Source of the DNA: Tubiluchus corallicola
Taxonomy: Eukaryota > Animalia > Priapulida
DNA: 64,000 nt
Reading direction: 5' to 3'
Assembly (NCBI GenBank): GCA_030141605.1
Contig: JAQGDQ010000478.1
Span: 55,653 to 119,652 of the forward strand
Shown here in pieces: positions 46,605 through 57,574 of the stretch. Under the pieces are notes generated by a model. The model was not told the origin of the DNA, did not search any database, and saw only the letters and a program-made list of their open reading frames with translations. The position numbers were made by a program, and so were the translations under genes. Numbering within the stretch: the first letter of the stretch is position 1; the number at the start of each line of letters is the position of its first letter.

Positions 46605-47062
46605 GAAGCACAGCCAATCACTGGCGGGCACACATTACAAGACCGTGTTGGAATTCGGAAGCACAGCGAATCACTGGCCAGCACACATTATGAGGGCGTG
46701 TTAGAATTCAGAAGCACTGCCAATCACTGGCCAGCACACATTACAAGGACATGTTAGAATTCAGAAGCACTGCCAATACAAGGACATGTTAGAATTCAGA
46801 AGCACTGCCAATCACTGGCCGGCACACATTATGAGGGCGTGTTAGAATTCAGAAGCGCTGCCAATCACTGGCCAGCACACATTATGAGGACATGTTAGAA
46901 TTCAGAAGCGCTGCCAATCACTGGCCAGTACACATTACGAGGACATGTTAGAATTCAGAAGCACTGCCAATCACTGGCCAGCACACATTATGAGGACGGG
47001 TTAGAATTCAGAAGCACTGCCAATCACTGGCCAGTACACATTACGAGGGCATGTTGGAATTC
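46605..47062. repeat. 53-bp minisatellite downstream of the NR4A stop codon
   Basis: About 8-9 units of GAAGCACTGCCAATCACTGGCCAGCACACATTATGAGGGCGTGTTAGAATTCA. Confidence 0.92.
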
Positions 47063-49392
47063 ATGTTAACAGAGTCTATAGGATACACGCTGTGGAAGCA
47101 TTCAACAGAAATTCTGGATATAATTCTACCAAACTTCAAGTGAAGTCATATAGTAAATTAAAATAGAGTAAAATTATATTTAAATTGCTTACCTGTAGTT
47201 TGTGCTTTGTTGTCTGGTGCAGCTGGTAATTATAAATCATTTTGATGTTTTATTTCTTACCACCATGCAGCTTTTAGTTTTCATTAATTTGTGATGACTG
47301 CGACTATGGGACAGTTTCGTTGTCTGTTTAATTTATTTGTTCCGGTGAAACCAGTCACGTGTATTATTGCGTTTATTTAAAATATATAGTCAGCTACTAG
47401 AAATCTCCTTTTCTCTACCAGCTGGACAATATGCTGTATTTCTGTAAGGTGTTGGACACATTGCGCAGGTGATTTAGTGGTTTGATTGATTAGCTTTGTC
47501 AAGCACTTAGTTAAACGGTGATTATCGAGAGGCTTAAAAATCTTATTCTTAACTTACCGTCTCTGTAGAAGCAATTGTCAGATTCATTGACCATTGCCAC
47601 ACATCTCAGCATGGAAATATGCTCAAGCAGCTGTATTGACCGCACTAACTTTATAGCTCCCATTGCTTGAAATGGCTGTTTTACATTGTTGTGATATTCA
47701 TGTGTAGAAATAGCTGTACAAAAGTGTTATTTTCGTTGTTCATTTCTCCTATACAAGGAACGTTGTTGTTGTTGTTGTTGTTATTGTTGTTTCTTTTATG
47801 TTTTACAGGTATATATAGTTGTTTGTGTACGTGTGTGTGTGCGTGCGTGAGTGTGCGTGCGTGCGCGCACGTGTGTGGCTTATTTACAATAAACTGGGTT
47901 GACCGTAATAAGCAGCTGTTGGGATAGGGCATTTAGCACTACTTGTCTGTACTAGAAATATTCTTCCAGCAATTTACATAGACCTACTCAAAGTGCTGTA
48001 CAATGGCCAATTATTATCCTTTTGTGTATGTTACCTTGTGTGTGTACAGGACGGAGTAAAATAAATCTTTTAAAGGGAAATACACAATATATTATGTCCA
48101 CCACTCACTGAATGACCAGTGGCCATAGAGCATAATACTGTACACGCGTTTTGTATGATTATTTCTAATATAACACTAATGAAGTCTGTGCTGCCGCACG
48201 AAATTGAGATGAATTCTTAAATTTTGGAAATTTAAATATTTTCATGTGACATGATTCTTGTTATTGTAGACAAACATGTATTCATTACTAATGTAAAAAA
48301 ACTGACTTGCTCTGGAACTGCTTGTGTTATGAAAAAAATTAAATATTTCACCTCACCAAACTGAGAAGCCATGTAATAGAAATTCCAGAAATGAAGCCAA
48401 AAATGTGGTGTTCCAGAGTTTATTGAACGATGAAGATTCTTATTGATTGAATCTGCTTGCTGACTATTGATTAAATGATGCATTTTTTATATTACATTAA
48501 AGGGAAGCATAAATTACAGGACAGTTGTGTAATAGTGAAAGCTTAAACCACTAAGAACTGAGTTACAATTGTCAGTATTTTATATTAACTCCATTTAGAG
48601 GTTAAACTGTAAACCTATTAAATGTGTTGTGTAGGTTTTGTTTTAATACATTTTGTACAAATATGTATCAAAATTGAATACTTTTTATACAAAATCGCAG
48701 AAAAATATTAGTGAGTTTTACAAAATGCGTCTCTGCATTTTTACACAGATTTTTACACTTCAGAAGAACTGCATTATCAGGATTGTTTCAGTGAAACTAT
48801 AACAATGAACTTGATAGAAACACAATAATCTATTATTTGCATGATGTGCTAATTTAATCTTGAGCTCATACAGTACGTTTAACATCATTGAGTTTGCGAG
48901 AAAAATAATATATGAAAACCTGACATGATGAAAGTCATTCTACCATCCCACATTGTTGTTCCTAGAATGTTTGCTAGTCTTATTTTTGTTATCTAGTATG
49001 CTTAAATGTTTATTTTATTGTAGAGTTTATGTGTATGTACATACGTAAGTTGTTTAAATTATTTTAAATTTTACAAGGATAGAAATAGGACCAATATTGC
49101 TTAAACAAAGGTGTTTTTGTTGCTTGTTTATTACGATTAATTTTCATTGTGGTTTAAGAAAACTTCAAGATGATACTTATGAATACAAAGTGTACTAATG
49201 TTGTGTTGAAACTAGGCTGTAGAAATCTCTTGGCTTTGGTGTAATGTCAGGCTATTTTTGTATAGTTTTGCAAAAAATATAAAGAATTTTAACAATTCAT
49301 TTTATTATACTATGTTTTTTCAATGTCTGCTAATGCAATTCATATTTTATTGAAGTTTTTATTTATAAAACTTCTAAATCACTTTTCTAATA

Positions 49393-50961
49393 GAACTAGT
49401 GTTCCCGCCACACTGATTTGGCCCGGAGTCTAGGGTTGCCACCACACCTGAGTGGCCCAGAAACTAGTGTTGCCGCCAGTCCTAATTTGGCCCGGAGTCT
49501 AGGGTTACCACCACACCTGAGTGGCCCAGAAACTAGTGTTGCCGGCAGTCCTAATTTGGCCCGGTTCTAGGGTTGCCACAACACCTGAGTGGCCCAGAAA
49601 CTAGTGTTGCCGCCCCTACTGATTTGGCCCGGAGTCTCCTGAAATTCAGCCATAGTTTCGTATGTCGGTCAGATTTTCAAAAAATTCTGAAATCTCCTGA
49701 TTTTGACCATAGCATTTAAATTTAAGTGAAAAAAGCAGAAATACAATTTCCATGTTATTGAAAGTTTGCAAAAGATTAAGACAAAAAAAGCAGTTCATTG
49801 AGGTAACAGTAAACTTGTTAAATTAAGTTTGGTCGATTACATGGCTTCATCATTTCACTCTGTCTGCATTTTTTTACCACAGACTTTGCTTGCGCTTTTG
49901 TAAGTTTTAGACTTTTTTGAAGCCTAAAATCAAAAATTTTACTAATTTTAGTTTCTGAAAAAAACCATCACAGAATATCTAAAATGCATGAACTGCTTGG
50001 CTTCTGTGGCTCCGTCCCGGGCGCCACTAGGGGAGCTCACAGGCCCTCTCACTAGCTCTTGACTCCTGACTTTAGTTCATGATGGGGTGACCATCACAAT
50101 ATCTAAAATGCATGAAATGTTTGGCTTCTGGGCTCCTCCGGGGCCACTAGGGGGCTCACAGGCCCTCTCACTAGCTCTTGACTCCTGACTTTAGTTCATG
50201 ATGGGGTGACCATCACAATATCTAAAATGCATGAACTGTTTGGCTTCTGTGGCTCCGTCCCGGGCGCCACTAGGGGAGCTCACAGGCCCTCTCACTAGCT
50301 CTTGACTCCTGACTTTAGTTCATGATGGGGTGACCATCACAATATCTAAAATGCATGAAATATTTGGCTTCTGTGGCTCCGTCCTGGGCGCCACTAGGGG
50401 GGCTCACAGGCCCTCTCACTAGCTCTTGACTCCTGACTTTAGTTCATGATGGGGTGACCATCACAATATCTAAAATGCATGAATGTTTGGCTTGTGCTCC
50501 GTCCCGGGGCCATGGGGGGCTCACAGGCCCTCTCACTAGCTCTTGACTCCTGACTTTAGTTCATGATGGGGTGACCATCACAATATCTAAAATGCATGAA
50601 CTGTTTGGCTTCTGTGGCTCCGTCCCGGGCGCCACTAGGGGGGAGGGGGGCTCACAGGCCCTCTCACTAGCTCTTGACTCCTGACTTTAGTTCATGATGG
50701 GGTGACCATCACAATATCTAAAATGCATGAACTGTTTGGCTTCTGAGGCTCCATCCCGGGTGCCACTAGGGGAGCTCACAGGCCCTCTCACTAGCTCTTG
50801 ACTCCTGACTTTAGTTCATGATGGGGTGACCATCACAATATCTAAAATGCATGAAATGTTTGGCTTTCGTGGCTCCGTCCCGGGTGCCACTAGGGGGGCT
50901 CACAGGCCCTCTCACTAGCTCTTGACTCCTGACTTTAGTTCATACTGGGGTGGTAAGCGTA
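49393..50961. mobile_element. hAT-like (TAGGGTTGCCA-type) element with tandemly amplified ends
   Basis: Left: about 68-bp unit x3.5 containing CTAGGGTT(G/A)CCAC. Right: about 124-bp unit x8 (49968-50950) ending in GTGGTAAGCGTA, a degenerate inverted copy of the left terminus. CTCCTGA motifs occur near both ends. Confidence 0.65.
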
Positions 50962-51217
50962 AAGGTTGCGTTTAATCTTAGCAAAGCCCTGAACATCTAT
51001 TTACACTTGGAAGGAAGAAGGCCAGATTGTAGCCTGTGGCAGAACTTCCCACTTTTCTTGTCAATGGATTGGCACCACATTGTGCACATTACATCATGGT
51101 AAGCCAATGGTCTTACAATATTAGTTCATAATTGACAAAAATTAACAACAATTAAGCATATCTGCCACCATTTATAACACACATTTTGTGGTTTATGAAT
51201 GTTTATGAACTGTTTAC

Positions 51218-51566
51218 TAGGGGTGAGCATACTCTACCAGAAAGTGAATTCGAATCGAATTGAATTTGTGACTTTCGAATTTGAGCCGAACCAAATTTCA
51301 GTATTTTGAATGAAAACTGGTCTTACAAAGATCATGCATATTAGTTGATTTTGTTCTGCAGTAAAATCATTATTAGTTTGTTACAAATTTTGCACAGAAA
51401 CTACAGCTAAATTGTGCTAATTGCATTGCTGTTTCAAACATTCTAATGATAAAGAAGGCACGTGGCTGAAGTGCTAAATTATTCGAATCTATAATTTTAG
51501 GTTCGAATTGAGAAAGAACTAAACAACTTGTTCGAATCGAACTTGAACGTTCGCTGCTCACCCTTA
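51218..51566. mobile_element. hAT (Ac-like) MITE
   Basis: TIRs TAGGGGTGAGCA and TGCTCACCCTTA, subterminal TTCGAAT repeats, degenerate 8-bp TSD CTGTTTAC/CTATCTAC. Confidence 0.75.
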
Positions 51567-52064
51567 CTATCTACACGTTGCCATAAGAACAACATTGGAT
51601 CAGTCTCTGTCAGGACAGAGGATGTCAAAATAAAAATGAACGAAGCATCCACGGTAATTCAAACACATAATTAGGAAGGAAAGAAAATAATACCAATACC
51701 GTTTATTTATAAACATGAGCTGCAGACAATACAACTAGACAACAACACATTATAGTTAGTTACTTGCCACTGCAGTTTGCTGTACGCTATGGTTAAGAAA
51801 ACTGCCATTGTTTCATCATCATTGTCTTTATCACGGGTTGTCTTGGCGACAGAACACAAAGTCTGACAGCCTATGATAGATATCCATACAATAACAAGAC
51901 CTGTTCTCACCGTAAATTACTGATTTGTAAAAAAAAATTATGCAAAACGACGCGTAAATGGTTATTTGGTCTTAATCTACTTTCATTTTCAAACAGTACA
52001 AACTTGCAAGCAATGTAAACAGTCAAGCTGTCAGAACGTTGAATAAAAACTGCAGATGTATTAC

Positions 52065-52776
52065 TAGGGTTACCATATTGTCCAAATTTAAAAAGAGGAC
52101 ACTTTTTCGCACACTTGTAAGTAGGCAAAAATGACCAGTCTAGGGTCTATTAAAACAATGCAAAATAAAATGCAAATTATACAAATAGGCTAAAATCTAT
52201 TCTAATAGCAATACAAAATGGCTATACTGCAAAAAATATTAACACACAAAAAAACATTAAAACAATAAAACACGGGTACTTGGCCTTCATTTCATCTGTA
52301 AATGCACACTGTCGTTTCGGCATTGCTACTTTCTAATTAACTTTTACCAGTTGCTCAAAACTGCAAAACAGCGAAACTATACAAATTTAAAGAAATTCAC
52401 ATAAAAACAAACAAAATAGCTCCCGGAAGCTGACGTCATTTTAAGTCGTTAGTGAATACGTCGAGTATCGACAGCGGTGTGAGTCGCGTGACCCATAGTG
52501 ATGTGCGCATCGCTTACTTTTGTTCAGTAAATATGTACACAAAGCTTTTACAAGGGTTGCATTTTGAGATGTTAGCAGCATCTGGTATTGAAAATTAACA
52601 AGCTTTTCTTTGTCTCGTACTGTCGTACGCCTCTGCAGTTGGTAACATCCGTACATACTTACGGATTGAGGCAAAACCCGGAAAAATTGCCTACATTTTG
52701 AAAATCCAGTGGGACGACCGGACAGAGGCCCAAAAAGAGGACGTGTCCGGAGAAACCCAGACATATGGTAACGCTA
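52065..52776. mobile_element. hAT (Tip100/Blackjack-like) MITE
   Basis: TIRs TAGGGTTACCATA and TATGGTAACGCTA; perfect 8-bp TSD TGTATTAC. Confidence 0.9.
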
Positions 52777-53398
52777 TGTATTACCAGGAAAAATAAGCCC
52801 AATTTTTTTAACTGATTCACGGTTGGTGAAATGTCTCAGTAAACTAGGTGTAAGCTAATCTATCATCTAACCTGACACTCAAAACTGAAAAAGTGCAGAA
52901 AACTGGAAAGCCGTCAAGTTGAAAAAAATTGAGTGAAATCGAGTGGAATTCTAGCGAAGATTTGGACACATACTTAACAAATTAAAAACGCATTTACACT
53001 GCTAGGAATTAAAAAAACTAATTTAAAACAAATAACAATATATAGTACATGTAATTACACGTATGTTACAAAAACATTTAGAAAATAGAAAAGCGAAATT
53101 GTCAAAACCATCCACTTCACATTTAATACAACAAATGTCTGCATCAAAGCGACACAGTAAACATTAAAAACAAGTCAGGATGTGAAAAAACTGATATAAC
53201 CATGACAAAAGAAATTATTCGTATGCAATTTTGGGGGCATACAAGGCGTCTGATACAATAATAACAGAACAAGAACACCAGTACCTTTGTCCCTTCATTA
53301 ACCAGCGTGATTGATGCTGATTGAAACTGCAATCAGGCAGCAACCAGGTAAAATACCTGAAGCAACAGGTAACATTGCTAGCCTGCTTAAAAGAGGAA

Positions 53399-54589
53399 TC
53401 ACTTAGTTTCCATTTTATGATAACTTTTCATGTGATGTAATAGCAAATCATTTCGATAAAATGCTTTAGCACACATGCGACACTGGTACGGTTTTTCACC
53501 GGTGTGTAAACGGGTGTGGCGCTTTAAGCTAGCCTCGCCCGTGAACTGCTTTTTGCAGATGGCGCACTGAAACAACGTTTTAACAACGTGAGCCGCTTTG
53601 TGCGTTTCAAGTTCTTCAACTGTTGGGAATACCATGCCGCAAGTCTTGCACATGTTCCCGTGTGTTTTACTATGAGTCGCTAATTCATATTTAAACTGAA
53701 ATGTTGCCTGACATATATTACACTGGAAACCGGTCAAACTTGATTCGTGTAACTCTATGTGCTGCTGCACTTGCTCTACTGTCTCACACATAAGAGTCTT
53801 GTCACAAAAATTACATTGAAATGGGATCAAATCGGTTTCCTCTCGCTTTAAGGCCATAGCTTGACCTTGCTGATTCAAACCACTCGCTCTCATATGTTGG
53901 TTAATCGGTCTCGCGCTTAAACTTGGCCGCATCGCATCTGGAGTCAGTTTTCTTTTCTTGGGGCTCTTGGTAATTTGTCTGTTTGCGACATTCGATCTTT
54001 CCCTTACTGGTGTTTGGTGGGTTGTATTTTGTGAAGTATTCTGTGTCTGATAACTTCCTGGCAAAACACATTCTACAGAGATATCATCATCACTGGCGTT
54101 GTGCATTTGCTCTAGGTAGTCGCTTTCGTACGTAACTTCCATTTTAGGAGGCTGCAGAACTGGCAAAGGGGAAGAAACGTTTGACACACTCGGAGTGAAA
54201 TGGCTTTCGAAAGATCTTGAAAAATAATCCGATGATTCTACAGTAGATGTGTTAATGACGGTGCCGGCCACAACCTCAGCACTTTTTCCGACTCCATCCG
54301 TTTGATCTAATAACGTTCCTTCGTGTGGATTTTGGGACTGGACCACATTAACATTCTCTTCGGAAAGTTTACAGTCCACTGTGACAATGCTGTTATTGCT
54401 GCCTGCATGACTTACATCAAAGCTGTTACTGCTTGATACATTTGCAGAGTTGTGCCCTTCGCTTATCAGTAGCTTACAGTGCCAGGTACGCGTGTGAGCA
54501 AAAAAGATGTCCTCCGTCATAAAACACTCGGAACATGCAGTACATTTAAAATAAACCAATACGTCATCATCCATTATTTGTTGCTGCAT
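53399..54589 (-). CDS. C2H2 zinc-finger protein, 396 aa, single coding exon
   Basis: One isolated N-terminal finger (CTAC..HTRTWH), a PKKRKL NLS-like motif and five C-terminal fingers with an HTGEKPY linker. Splice acceptor 7 nt upstream of the ATG (exon starts at 54596). Candidate 5'UTR exons at about 55331-55397 and about 56984-57110. Confidence 0.88.
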   Translation of the reverse strand: MQQQIMDDDVLVYFKCTACSECFMTEDIFFAHTRTWHCKLLISEGHNSANVSSSNSFDVSHAGSNNSIVTVDCKLSEENVNVVQSQNPHEGTLLDQTDGVGKSAEVVAGTVINTSTVESSDYFSRSFESHFTPSVSNVSSPLPVLQPPKMEVTYESDYLEQMHNASDDDISVECVLPGSYQTQNTSQNTTHQTPVRERSNVANRQITKSPKKRKLTPDAMRPSLSARPINQHMRASGLNQQGQAMALKREETDLIPFQCNFCDKTLMCETVEQVQQHIELHESSLTGFQCNICQATFQFKYELATHSKTHGNMCKTCGMVFPTVEELETHKAAHVVKTLFQCAICKKQFTGEASLKRHTRLHTGEKPYQCRMCAKAFYRNDLLLHHMKSYHKMETK

Positions 54590-54647
54590 ATCAAACCTAA
54601 ATGATCAAAGTTCGAAGTGAAAAAAACTTAGTATTGCAGATTGTAGG

Positions 54648-55143
54648 TGCCACTGAGGGGGGGGGGGCAAGCCAGCCCAACTCAGTGCCAGTCCCAAGCC
54701 CAGATAAATAGGGAGGGTCAGCGTCAGGAAGGGCATCCGCCTGTAAAAACTGCACCAAAACCTTCTATGAATGAGTCGGTGAGACTTAAAGGTAAAGTCC
54801 GCAAAGAAGTGGTCAGACCCGCTCTAATCTATAGGCTGGAAGCAGCTTCTCTAAAAGAAGACCGAAGAGAAGAAAATGGGTGTGGTGGAGATGAGGATGT
54901 TGAGATGGATGGTGGGAATAACAAGAAGAGATAAAATTAGAAATAATAATATCAGAGGAACAGTAAAAGTAGTGGAAGCCTCGCAAGATTGCGATGGTAT
55001 GCACACCTGAAAAGAAGAGTCGGTGAAGATCATGTGGGAAGGGAAGACATAAATGAAGAGATGGTCAACAACAGGAATGCGTGGAGAAGACTCATTCACA
55101 ACGGCGATCCCGAATAGGGAAAAGCTGGGAAGAAGAAGAAGAA
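54648..55143 (+). mobile_element. RTE-clade non-LTR retroelement, internally deleted
   Basis: 13-bp TSD TGCAGATTGTAGG, (GAA)n tail, decayed RTE C-terminal peptide RLKGKV..VVRPALIY and EMRMLRWMVGITRRDKIRN..IRGTVKV. Confidence 0.88.
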
Positions 55144-55589
55144 TGCAGATTGTAGGAGCAACATTTAGCTTTATAAAATGTCACTATTTAACTACACATA
55201 ATTGTTTTGATGACAACCGTGAACATTGGGTACTTTCACTAACGTAAAGTAACTCTGTTTTTATTACAAACAAAGTGCTTGTTATCAATTAACAATCAGC
55301 AGATCTTGAGTTAGATCAGTTTTGCCAAATTCGATAGAGCCATAACATACCTCATCCATAGTCACCTGTTGGATAACTGAAGATGAGGCGGCTCAACCTA
55401 GAACTTTTTATATTTAAGTAGTTGTAGATTTAAGTTTATTTATCACCTGTAATAACCTGTGGGTTAAGCCAAGCATAGCTCATGGGCCGGATTTGAAACT
55501 GATGCCTTTTCCAGCAATATGGAAAGTTTGTGAAAACCTATTGGGGTTATTAAAGGAAAACCGGATGATTGTGCAAACATTAGTTCAGA

Positions 55590-56070
55590 ATAAAGAATGC
55601 TCTAATATATTCAAAACTACAATAGCTTTTTATAAATGAAAGTTTAGATTAAATAGTAATTATCTTGGATACTCAAATTTCGTTAAACTTTCAAAGGTAC
55701 GTCAGTGAATCTACTAAGATTGGCAGAGGTGTCCTTTTGTCACATTTGCGTAGCCGACAAATAGAAAGCAGAACCGTGATGAGCATGATTATGAACTGAA
55801 GTGTTAGTTTGTGACGTCATATGATGTAAAGCCCATTTTTCGTGACATCATGTATTTAAACTGTACTGTAACACTTACGCAAACGTGCTTGATACGCAAG
55901 GAAAGACGCCTGCCATTGCACAAACTGTGGTTAGTTTCTGACATGAGCAATAGCCGTGTTCAGTTGCCGTTAATTAACTTTCTAAGCTAATTATTCAAAT
56001 ATAAGGAACAATTGTTAACTTTTATAGGCAAGAAAATGTATATTTTGGACAGTAAAATAAAATGAGATTG
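55590..56070. mobile_element. old dispersed repeat, inverted partner at 61455-61960
   Basis: TTTATAGGCAAGAAAATGTATATTTTGGACAGTAAA and GTGAATCTACTAAGATTGGCA occur in reverse complement at about 61457-61493 and about 61825-61848. Confidence 0.6.
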
Positions 56071-56225
56071 AGTCTAATCTAGCTGGTAGGATTCGTTTGC
56101 CAGGTGGATGGAGATGGGACTTAAAAGAGGTGAAGTTGGTTTTCCATGAAGTGAGGAAATAGGGGCCAACCCACATTTGAAATATTTGAACAGAATCATA
56201 TTTATGGGAAGTGAGAGATTGATAA

Positions 56226-56815
56226 AAGGACAAGAAAAGGAGTACCTGAAGTAGACTTCAGAAAAACCGCTTAAAAAATTATATTACTTTATGAGCAATT
56301 TTATACATATATCGTACTCGGGTTAAAAGGAATTTTTGTTTTTCATTTTAAACTTTCCTCAACACTGTTCCAAAGTCGCCATTACATGATGTCACCTATG
56401 CAAACGTAAATCAGGGGAAAAAAGGAAATGTTAAACTATGTCCCAGAAAACTTTTCCATGCAAATCTATATTACTTAGCATGTTGCTTGCCTGCTGTAAA
56501 GACTTATGTAAGTAGAAATAATAATTTAAAATGTTAATGCCCATTGGTAAAATGTCGCTGGTGCACCCTCCAAAGTGCGCTACTCACGAACCAAAAACGT
56601 CATTTTTATCTTGTTGACAAGATGCAGTAATTTAAAATTTTACTTAGTAGCATGTATGCTATGCATGCTCTCACTATTTTTTCAAATTTTACGCAGTGCC
56701 TTACATTTTTTAAACTCGTTTCAAACGACTTACTATTAGTATTAATTATTATTAAATGGTTACATCTAACAGACATCGTGGGAGTTTAAATTTACATGTT
56801 TTCTACAGTATTACT
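56226..56815 (+). mobile_element. second copy of the AGGACAAGAAAAGG repeat
   Basis: Aligns by eye to 12022-12610 along its length. Confidence 0.7.
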
Positions 56816-57109
56816 GCCGACACAAACGCTGCAGGTTTTTCTAACAGCTCATCTTAATACAAAACAAAAAGGTTTGAAGCGCGTAACTGAACAGAACCAA
56901 TGCAGTTTATACAACAAATGTCACGTATATAGTACATTCATAAAACAATTAATTTTAGTTTTAAAGAAATAAAGCAGCTTACTCCACTCGTTACATGCGT
57001 GAATCCTTTATCTAATTTACCTTCAGTATTTGGCTTTTTTCGGACCTTTTGTCGTATTAACCTGCCTGGGTACTTTTTTACGAATTTATCATAACGCAAT
57101 ATAAGAAAT

Positions 57110-57350
57110 CTGCGCGAACCCTAGCATAGTACAACTACTTAATAAGAGCGCGGTTATTGGTTGTTAATGAGCGTGTGAAATGTGTCAACTATGTGTAAGA
57201 GTGTGAAATTCTGATTAGTTTCATGTTGATCATGTTTAGTCTTCAGAAGGTTTTTTGTAGAATGTAAAAGTAAAACCGTAGTAGGTTATACGCTTCTGGT
57301 ATTGTAGTGGCTATGTTATTTACAAGCTGAGTTTTTTTTCACGTCGCGTG
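57110..57350. promoter_or_regulatory. probable bidirectional promoter for the zinc-finger gene (-) and EAF (+)
   Basis: Minus-strand donor (cttac at about 56979) and plus-strand EAF acceptor (tttatag at about 57534) diverge from a short CpG-containing interval with ATTGG at about 57156. Confidence 0.45.
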
Positions 57351-57574
57351 AGCCAACCTAACACTAACAAGAAAAGTAACAGCTGTTGGCATTATCCTCG
57401 CTATAATAATTAATTGCTCTCTGTGAACGCCGTTACTTTTGATATTAAAGTATTAAATATTTGCTTAGCCCTTAGTCGTATTTGCTAGATGTAATCTTTT
57501 AACATGGTATTAATTATTTTCTTTATCTTTATAGGAATCTCATAAAAGAAATGTTTTAAGCCTTGGTTTATGAC

